A DNA stretch of 61,632 nucleotides, filler included, from Choristocarpus tenellus KU-1152 (Eukaryota; Protista; Phaeophyceae): the NCBI GenBank assembly GCA_964200185.2. It is 9 parts of 9 records of this genome, joined end to end, with 100 filler letters (N's around TTAATTAATTAA, not from the genome) between each part and the next. Parts side by side here need not be neighbours in the genome. Positions count along the whole stretch, not along the records: positions 42,395 to 57,388 come from CAXNAD020001081.1; positions 57,489 to 61,632 come from CAXNAD020016000.1; 7 more parts are not named here. One strand, 5' to 3'. Below the pieces are notes generated by a model that saw only the letters and a program-made list of their open reading frames with translations, had not been told where the DNA came from and searched no databases. The position numbers were made by a program, and so were the translations under genes. Of the stretch, positions 52,201 through 61,632 are shown piece by piece. Positions within the stretch are counted from its first letter, which is position 1. Each line of letters starts with the position of its first letter.

Positions 52201-52260
52201 GTAGATCCAGGTGGCAGAGTGGCCTTGGCGGCTCTCCTTTTCTCACCGTCGTGGTCCATA
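49250..52260 (-). mobile_element. Possible Mutator-like (MULE) transposase pseudogene
   Basis: DHSAMI..AL...MP (MULE D..AI..A...P style) near 50600, SWIM-like C..KCTYICK near 49470, and a C/W/H DNA-binding-like segment near 52000; many stops. Confidence 0.35.
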
Positions 52261-52699
52261 TTGCTGTGTGGGTCACCTGTGTGTGGTTTAACCGAAAGTC
52301 TGCAAAGGGCGTTAAAAAGATGTCCGGAATTCTTGAAATGTTTTTCGGTACAGTCGCACCAGCCAAATTTGGACAGGGACTGACCCCGGACCAGTGTTCT
52401 GCAAGGAATTTAGTCAACCACTTCATTTTTGTCTTTTTGAGGCTGTGACCATCAAAATTGCGGCGGAGATATTCCCCCGTGTTTTTACTATTTGATCGGG
52501 ATATAGTTCCCGTTTGCTGGAGTTAGTACATTTGTGCATACAAACCTTCAGCCCCTCATGGCATAAGCGTATATTTGATACATATATTGCTGCATGTGAA
52601 AAAGAGCAAGATTGCCACAGACCGCAAAGCTATTGGTACCACTTTAGTAGGAAATTGCTATCACATAATACAATATTGTATTACTGCCTTCCTGGCTTC

Positions 52700-52900
52700 C
52701 CATCTACCTACTCTTGCGCCCCGGGGGGACAAGCTAGGGAGGCATCCCAAGAATCCAACAAACCCCTCCGTGCCCATCTCCCTGGTGACTCTAGTTCAAA
52801 GCGCATGGCATGTCTAGACAGTGCCACTTGCGTAGTCACCGAGACAATTTGGCGTAGCCGGGATTTGACTACTCCTTTCCTGCAATATCCTCCACCTATT
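52700..52900 (-). mobile_element. CRE-like non-LTR retrotransposon, short 3'-terminal fragment
   Basis: The nucleotide sequence (AGCTAGGGAGGCATCCCAAGAATC..GCGCATGGCATGTCTAGA..GATTTGAC) matches 7575-7740. Confidence 0.75.
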
Positions 52901-53677
52901 AATATTACCGCTCATTATTGGCATTACTTTGGGGCTTGTAGGTCGTAACAAATACCTGTCGTTGAGAAGAATAAACATTACAATTCTAGTATTTACAAAC
53001 ACCATTTTTCATTCTTCGTAAGCAGAATGAACAATTTGAAAGTACGCTCCCCACCCCACAAGTACTGTATATTTAAATCTGGACGATACATTTTAGAACC
53101 TGGGCACCCCACATCCGCACTTCTAAGGTTCATGATGACATCCCTGGGCTGTACATCCCATCCTGTTGAAGAAAACAGTCACAAGATGGAGGACACCACC
53201 GCACAGCCCAAGGTGTCAAGAATGAGTTGACATAGAAGAGACAGCAAGGCACATAGCATAAAATATATGCATACATATGAAGTGTCTCAGATGCTAGTAA
53301 TGTCGAGACAATTGCACCTATTGATTAAAGCCACCCAGACACGCATGGTGCCACTCACATGAGACAAAAGAGAAGTGGATAACATCCAGCGTCTATTTAA
53401 TATTGTTGCATTAGAAGAAGGCCTCTTTCTACAACAAGGCTCAATCTCCATCATCAATCCAAAACAAGGAGGTATTGGTGTAGGTGCCTACTACAGCTTG
53501 GTGAAACAAATGCTTTAGTATCTTCACTCCGCCACATCCTACACAACATCTAGCTAGTCTTCACACAAGTACACAACTATATCCAGCACAGAATGGATAG
53601 AGGAGTCACTCCATTTTTCTCTTCCACAATAGTAGCTGATTGTTGGCAGACTGCTGGCGGACAGTTGACCAAGAGTC

Positions 53678-56600
53678 TCAACCAATCTTCTTTCCTCGCT
53701 TGGCCTTGAGGGTGCCCTTACCACCTTCCTTGTCAGAAGCCCTGCATTTGCCCTTGCTGGCACGCCTCCCCTTCTGCTGGGAGAGACAAAAAGGTGCAAG
53801 AGGTGTGAGGCAATAGGCGAGAAAGTGAAAAGGTGAAGACTTCTAGGGTCTTAGGGATTGTTTGGCAAGCAAAGGATTAGGTAGGAGAAGTAAGATTCTA
53901 CGTTTTTTGCAAGACACTCCAAACAGGATTTTGCAGAACCAAAGAGAAAATTCAACTATACATGAATGAAATAGAGCAATCGATCCCCTCACAATAGTTT
54001 GATGATATTGTTGCACAGGGTCGGAAAAGTATCTCTATGGAATGTTCCGTAAAGATGAGTAGGGTTGTGCTCTAAATGTGCTACACGGAAATTATTCTCC
54101 TGCCTCTCCCCTCTTCTCCCCTCCCCCTTCCTCAGCATTGTTTGCTTCATGGGTGACAACAGACTCCGTGAACATTATCTTCTCGAAATGAGGATTCCTT
54201 GGTTGCCATGCCCTTGGGATTCTCTCCCAGTCTAAAATAGAACTACAGCCTAGCCCCATAATCAAGGGCACCTATTGCCCTACCCAGAATGTCCTTGTTG
54301 CTCAATGGTAGTCTAACAGCTTCCTTCATTGGAATCCACAGGTAGAAACTCGGGAGAGGCCAGAAATTCTCAAAGAAGCCTGCTTTTGATGAACCACATG
54401 GCTGGCACAACCAAAATGCATCCATACTTTGGTGCTTGTCACTAAACCACAAAAAAGAAAACGGAAAACCTGAATTGTGGTGACAAGTTCTCATTGCGGT
54501 CAGGTGATCACACAAAATTCAAGGGAGGAGGCAGAGCAACGAGACCTTTGGCTGCCCGGTCACACATCTATCTACCCTTCCCCATGTCTCACAAAACAAA
54601 CAGCAGAGTATTGTATTGTACTTTGGTGAAACATCAGGGACACTTGTCTCAATCCTAATGGGCAAGTGCAAGGTTAAATCGTCTTGGAGGGTGACCTTAA
54701 TGACAAGAACTAAATTGCGCAACGCAAATTCACCAAAGGCAATCAAGAGGGGAAATCCCAAGACGTACTCCAAATGACCCCGACACTCAACGAGGACTGA
54801 GCCAAAGTGGTTCCTACTATATTTTCTTAATCTCCACCACACATGTGCAGAGGAGGAACATGAACAATTTTTTCTTCTTTTTCACTTCAACTCCTCAAAA
54901 CAGCATCTTACCACACAAATAAAACACGTATTGCATGTTGATAACAGCATGGAACAGAGATAGTTCAATCAAGATAAACCTACACAGTGGGTTGAACAGT
55001 AACCTTCGCTAGAGGTAAAGGTTTCTCCGTGTAGTTGTAACTGTCATCAGACTTCACCCTCTCTGCACGCAGAAAATCCCGCAGAACGGGCAAGCACGCA
55101 TACACATGAGAGGGACACCAGTGACCCACGCAGCCCCACAACATTCTTAGGGGGTCCCTACAAATTGCGCTCAAAGAGAGTGGACACAATTCTTTTTCGG
55201 TTAGGCCAACCCCACTTTGCCACAATATACAACACACCAACAGAATCGATGCAACCAGATTTTGGAGGGGGTGATGAGGGATTCAAAAGCTACTCTTTAC
55301 TCTGTGACAAACACCCTTCCTTGCCTTCCTGAAGGCAGACAGGTCATCCTCTCTCTCTTCTTCTTCCTCCTCCTCTTCCTCATCCAGTAGGTCATCCACC
55401 GCCATACCCTCATCCATACCCCCATCCTGTTCCTCCAAGAAATTGTGAGCAGTGAGAGAGGACGAGCACGGGGAAAGACTTCTCAGGTGGAAAAGATGCA
55501 CAATCTAGGACTATACTACAGAGAGGAAACACAATATGCTACAATACCGGGGGGGGGGTTCCTATGTAAATGTGCAATGTCTCTCATTCCGAAGGGCATT
55601 CTAACCCCCCCCCAAAAAACCCCAAAACTTTAAATTTGCACTACTTACGTAATAACGGCAACATTGATGGTAAAATATGGTAAATACACCCCATTGGTTC
55701 GATACAACATTCTGGTCAACTTCATTGGTCTATGACAGCAAAATAATTGTTTTTAATCAATGTTGCCTGTGCACCTTCACAGTCATGATGACCCACACTG
55801 AGGTGGACCAAACAAAGCAACATTTTCTATCAAACTATCTCCAACCCTTTAGCCATAGTTGCGCTCTATTCTGGACTGTTTTTAAACCAAGCACTGCAGT
55901 GGAGCTCTTCAAACATCTCCACCGACGAACTGACAAGGTCTACTTGTACACATCAGAGCACCATACACCATGATCAGCAAAACTGGTTTGGTCATCAAAA
56001 GACAGAAATCTCGGCCACTTTTGTCAGAAAAAGAAAAAATAAGTGGTGGGCAGGGCAATAGGAGGGTATACAAAAAAAGGTACATAATACAATCGCATTT
56101 TAAACAGAGTGAGCTAAGTCACCTACACAATTTGTTTACAGGAGATCTTATTGTCACACTCTAACATCCATCAAACCAGTCAAAAAGAGTAGACTTAGGT
56201 GCTGATATATCTCCATCATTTCACCTACAACCAAATGAACACCACTCAGTGGGATAGGGCTTGATCGGGTTGTATAGCACAGGCCATACCAGCCTTACTC
56301 CATCACAGTATCGGTGCAAGTAAGCTATTCAATCATGGCCCAGTCAGTTGATCAGATAGTCTGGTTGAGTGAGGCATTTTCCCATGCTTCCATGCCAGAA
56401 AACACAAAAGAAACCTGGGGGCAAATTACTGTAAACTGTGCTACAGAGAATTGTAGTACTCTAGAGCTACAAACTTGAAGGTAATATCGCTACAAAGAAT
56501 AAAAACACAGAACGTCATAAACCACAACAAACCACAATAGATGATTAGTTTTAGCACATATTTTGCTTTGAGCTAGAGCTCCAGAGCACAGTTGACCTCT

Positions 56601-57202
56601 ACATGACTCAATCAGGTCTAAGACACTTGTAGGCCAAATTTTCTAGGTTTTGGATTATCCTGACACAGATGGCTTCATCAAGACTATGCTCTATTCAGGT
56701 CTCTCAACAAACACACGGGGATAACCCTAAGGATCTCAAGAGGGTGCAGAGAAAATGAAGGCACTAAACTGAAAAAACCCTAACCCTAACGACAAACATT
56801 CATAACAATGCCTTTACTCTTGACTGTGCAACTCCACTCCATATCGCAAACACAACAACTACTTCAACTCCAACATAAGGTATAGACACAATGTACGTAA
56901 GGCAAGGCAATCTCGAATCACTATGGGGTTGGGGTCACCATCATCCATCACAATCGCTGAGGTTATAAGGACCTAAGCACTCCACTCGCCCACCAACCCA
57001 CCATGGCAAGAGACTTGGGCGGTGCCTTCGCCTTCTTGCTCCTCTTGGGTGCCTGCATTGTCTCCACCAGGGCTTGCGACTTGTGAGACAGTGAGTTGTA
57101 CACCCTTGTAACGGCTGTCTTAGTTTTTGTGTCTATGGCAGCAAACACATCCAGAGGTGGATTCCTCACCCCCTTGTTGCTGAGCTGCAACTCTGGGAGC
57201 AC
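53678..57202 (-). CDS. RFC1: Replication factor C subunit 1, last three exons
   Basis: Exon 57202-57002 contains IDTKTKTAVTRVYNSLSH (RFC1 C-terminal K.AFTR.YN..H motif). Exon 55426-55325 is acidic (DEEEEEEEEEREDD) and exon 53776-53678 is a basic tail (KGRRASKGK...KAKRGKKIG*). Confidence 0.75.
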
Positions 57203-57488
57203 CTTGCGAGACGGTTTTTTGTGAACAATAAAAAAAAGAGCAGGTTATGTACAAGAAGAAAAAAAAATACTGCAGCAGAACAGTCGTTTCAAACAAATAC
57301 ATCAACATTTTATTGTTAAAAAAAGAAAAAAGAGAAGGGGGGGGGGGGGGCAAGGGTAAAACACTCAGAAAAAGGAAAGGATAACTCTNNNNNNNNNNNN
57401 NNNNNNNNNNNNNNNNNNNNNNNNNNNNNNNNTTAATTAATTAANNNNNNNNNNNNNNNNNNNNNNNNNNNNNNNNNNNNNNNNNNNN

Positions 57489-57640
57489 GGTCTACACCAG
57501 GGTGTCCATTTGGGTCATAACCAGGAAACGTGCACTTTCATTATCCATCCGACGTATGCAACCAAATCACACAAAAATCGGGACATGAAAAAATTGACCC
57601 CAAATGGACAGCTGCCTCGCCCCCCCAGATATTTTGAGCC
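57489..57640. mobile_element. MITE of the AAAGTATCT-TIR family (left end in gap)
   Basis: Near-identical to 38183-38342; ends CCCCCCAGATATTTTGAGCC. Confidence 0.7.
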
Positions 57641-58185
57641 TGTTCTGAAGCCTGTCCAGTTAGCAGTGCTCTTAGCATCCTGTAGTGGCAACAAAGAGAT
57701 GTGGCCACCCTACCTACCTTTCTTGACATCTTAAACAATAAGGACAGGTGTATCCGCCTTGTGAGATCCCACTGCCAACATCTCGCCAACTCTGAGGAAT
57801 ACTGTTTTTCGTCTCCGTTTGCCCTGCTCGAAGAGTTATGTTCGGCGGTTCGTGTCTACTCACAGTTTTGCTCACACTCACAGGGTATGCCCACTTTAAA
57901 GGTGTTTTATATGTGGGATGCCGAAACCAGCAGGCTGAGAACCACCCATCGAGCACCTTGGTAGGGATTAGCAATGCAATGTACTAGATGTAGGATTACT
58001 AAAGTATTACGTAAGTTCTTCTGCAGGTATCTCCTATTCTGCTAACACCTCACTACTATCGGTTTACCAATAATCTATATCAAAAGAACAATTGCAAACG
58101 CGTCCAGTCCTGGGCAAGGGAACCTTTCCACCTTCTTCAGGTGCTTAAGCCCACAAATGTGGTAGTATTAACATGTTCCCACCCT

Positions 58186-58222
<37 letters not shown>

Positions 58223-58275
58223 TTGATGGTTCAAACGCTGACCTTCTCTCCCTGCCATACCATCGTGCCACCTAC

Positions 58276-59459
58276 TCAGCCCCAGCAGCTGCTGTCATAC
58301 ATGTTGAAATGCTTGAAGAATGCGAGCGCTCCATCTGCTCGCTCTCTGGGTGAGGACTTGCCTTGTAAGAAAGGAACGTGCTGATTGATCGCACCTGCAC
58401 CACTACTTTAAGGTGATGCAGGTAGTTGGGAATATACCTACTTTGGGTATGTCACGTAGAACTTGTACTCTACCCTTTTTCTGTGTCTGGACATGACTCT
58501 TGAAATATGTAGGGTACTCAGTCCAGCACAACACACTGTACTTGCTGTCTTGTAATAGCTGAATAGCTGAATTATATTGTTGGCAGTGCCCCCAACATGT
58601 TGTTAGTGTGGAGTAGAAATTTTGTTTCCATCTAATGATAATGAGCCCACAGCATGTCTATTGAGGACGAATGGCAAACAATTTCTGCCTGAACCTTCGA
58701 TTGTGAGAATAGAAGCCACGCTCAACAACCAAATCTTAGCATAGGCACGTCTTTGGTCCAAATTACTCCTCTTGTGTCCTCAATTTTGAGGAAGAAATCA
58801 TTATTGAAGGAGATGTTTGGATCATTTTGCCTCATTGTAACGGTGCGCACATCACCTACTTACTTCAGAGTGCCTACGATGTACGCTTTGTATCCCAGAG
58901 TATTTGACAATGAACATGTTTACACTTTTGCTTGCGGCCATTTTCTTTGTGAGGAACCACAGATCTGTTTGAGCTTTCCACCCTCGTGTACCCTTGATTT
59001 CATTCCCAATTTGACTCTTTTTCTCAAAGCATATTAACTGCCTGTCTCTCCTTGTTTGCATAGACTGCTTGTTTGCATAACACAGCCAATGCGTGAATAC
59101 GTTCACTTAGAAATACTCTCTTGTCTTGTAAGGAAACAAAGTTGGTAGGGCTCGGAATGCTGTGAGGGGTTCAGATATGACGAGGAAGCAAGGAGGGCTA
59201 GTGACAAGGAAGCTCATCGTGCACGATGGCGTTAGTTTGCGCCCTACCCTTTCCCCAATATCCCTAACCAGCCTGTATGGCAGCTACACCAGAGCACTCT
59301 ACACGTGGAAAAATATTCCCCTCTTTTAGCACCAAGGTAGCGCTCTAATTGAGCACAATCGCGCACATCTCGACCTAACATAGCTGTACCTCACCTAGGT
59401 ACCTCTTCTGCCATTGGCTGAAATGTGTTTCCCTCTCTGCACTGGTCTCTGGCATCATT
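58276..59459 (-). CDS. Two phase-compatible exons of an unidentified gene, ending in CWG-TGA
   Basis: Exon 59459-59395 (MMPETSAERETHFSQWQKRYL) and exon 58361-58276 (GKSSPRERADGALAFFKHFNMYDSSCWG*), with canonical splice sites. Confidence 0.6.
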
Positions 59460-61632
59460 CTACAGGAGACCAGGCAGACTAGAGATCATGATAAAGTACT
59501 ACATAGTGGATGCGGAGCACAAGCGGTAGCAGCGGCAGGTGCAGCAGCAGTGAAGGCGACTGTGGTTAAGCAGGGACCAATGTGGAATTGTTGTTGGTCG
59601 AGACAGTATTGTGATGTTTGGTATTGATGGTGATGACCTTGATGTCAGTGAGTTTTGAGGGTGACGTTGCCAGTGGTGTCACGTGACATCATGAACGATG
59701 GTAGTGGGGGAGGCTGTGCTCAAAGCTGCAGGTACAGTGATAGCGGCCATGGATACGGTGCTGACTTGAGATATATGGTGATGGTAGCGGCAGTAGCAGT
59801 GGAGTCTCGAATATGGAAGTCACAATTGGTGGGGGTAACTGTACGTAATTCCTATGAAGTTGACAGCAAATCCAAGCTACTAAAGTATTAGCTTGACCCC
59901 CCGTGATATGGGATGGAGCTGAGCAGCAGCAGTGTACATGAACAAGTGACGATGCAGAGGTGTTTGTTTATGTTGATCGGTTGCTAGAAAGTATTGCAGT
60001 AGTGATAGAGATAATGCCGTCGCTATCAGTGTTGTTGAAAAAACCAACTCGTGTTACAGAAGACTTGACCAGGAAGGGCGTAACGTAGCTAACCAAGGTC
60101 GTCAGTGAATGTGCTGCTGTTTGCTCTCTGGATTCCTACATAAAAATAGTAGGGGGATTGCGATAGAGTAGACTTTTTTTGCGTATTGACATCGAACATA
60201 TTTCTGGAGGTGTTACTACGTGAGGTCTGCTCTATTCGTTTTTCTTCTTGACACGTGTGTTATAATAGCACTCCTTTCAGAACATTTTATTGTGCGGGTT
60301 ACCTGGCACTGGGTAGAGTAAGTGGGATGCATTTCTCCTAATATGTGTGGTTAGAGGAAACGTTGACAACATCTAGCATTTTCTTCCATGCCATGTACCA
60401 TGCTGCTTCGTCTTTTCCTCTATATATAGTGAAGTGATACTGTAACCTACGAAAGGCGGTATCTTCTGGTCCTGCACCGTACTCGATGGTCGTTTTTGTG
60501 GACTACTTCTACAAGAGAATAGGGAAGAACAAGAGAGCTTGTACAGCATGCCCACTTTTTGAAGTCGTTCTCGATTTTCTCAGTAAATCCGCATGAAAAA
60601 AGACGATATATGGTGTGCTGTTAGAGTTCAGACTGACTGGCTGTGTAAAGAGAATAAGGATACTGAAGGGAGTCCGAGTGAGTGAATCCGAGAGGAACAA
60701 CTTGTCAGCAGTGTACATCCTTGGGGATTAGAACCCACGATTCCAAGTTGCAAGGAGAAAATTAATAACCCCAGGGTTGCTTTAGCTTCCATACCTCATC
60801 ATGGTTCTCTAAATAAATAGTGGTATCTAATATCTTAGTTTTCTGGCAACGCTATATTATTACCCACTTCACTTCAAGAGATCGGAAAACAACCAAAACA
60901 GCTTCAGCAGACCGAAAAATAGCAGGGGGGAGTTCACACATTTTGCAAGGCTTTTGAACGTATGACAGAAATTTGTCTTGCCTTGGTCAAGCTTTCTTGC
61001 ATCCTTCTTACGGAGCTACGTATGTTACATCTTAGTCAGGTCGAAAGCAACTCTCTCTCGTAAGATTTAACTTGATTGAGCTGACTTGCTCATACATTCG
61101 CAAGCTTCTATTGTCCTACATTCATGTGTTCCTACACTCAGCAGAGGTTGAATTTTGACAACCATGCTATAATAATGGCAATAAATAATTGTCCATCCTT
61201 AACCGACTCAGACTAAAGCGACTACTACAAGAAGAGCTGTTAACAATCCCTTTCTTCCAACTTCGAAGAGATAACTTTTCATCGTAAGTCCCTTGCATTC
61301 ACACACTGTAGTAGTACCCTATCGAGAAAATTGTTGTACACATTTCATCACCATCCCAAAAAAATAATTCGAGTGTGTAACTATAAATAATTTACTGCTA
61401 CACACCATACAACAAGAGTGCCACAGGTAATAGGGGTTTTTAAAAATTGAGGATGGAACGTACTATTGAGGATGAGTTTGACCCAAAATGGTGCGGAAAA
61501 AGTGCCGATATGTTTTTTTTTGTAAATGTTGCGGCACTTTTTAAGGGCCACGCTACGAATGGGATACATGTTTTGGTCAAAATATTTCGGTGCTTGTGGA
61601 GGGCACCGAAACGATTTGGAAGCGACCTCGAC

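Noticed and set aside
60660-60720. DVHC-TGA-QVVPLG as a possible selenoprotein motif
   Set aside because: It lies in a stop-ridden, transposon-like stretch (60300-61400) with no coherent exon chain.

Overview
Eukaryotic nuclear DNA, not prokaryotic: GT-AG intron-rich genes, dispersed (TTAGGG)n tracts and many transposon relics. The style suggests a stramenopile or brown-alga-like genome (inference). The window is nine contigs joined by artificial 100-nt spacers (44 N + TTAATTAATTAA + 44 N). Genes reconstructed by hand from splice sites and reading phase: (1) a 7-exon, 3'-truncated bacterial-type RecA with a 93-aa acid-free Arg/Lys-rich presequence, probably mitochondrial (23779->14127); (2) exon 1 of PP4R3/SMEK/Psy2; (3) an apparently complete 6-exon 462-aa gene joining an ELL-like N-terminal domain to a quasi-RRM-like domain (45416-48555); (4) the 3' exons of RFC1, needing a GC-AG intron; (5) three unidentified partial genes. 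Mobile DNA: a degenerate Ty1/copia element with 5' LTR and a half-tRNAiMet-type PBS, five fragments of one CRE-like (RLE) non-LTR family, LINE and Mutator-like relics, a hAT-type MITE, and a MITE family with AAAGTATCT-containing TIRs and 4-bp TSDs. The same TIR also borders a larger element encoding several Tudor/SH3-like barrels. All protein identifications are by eye from motifs; no database search was possible.
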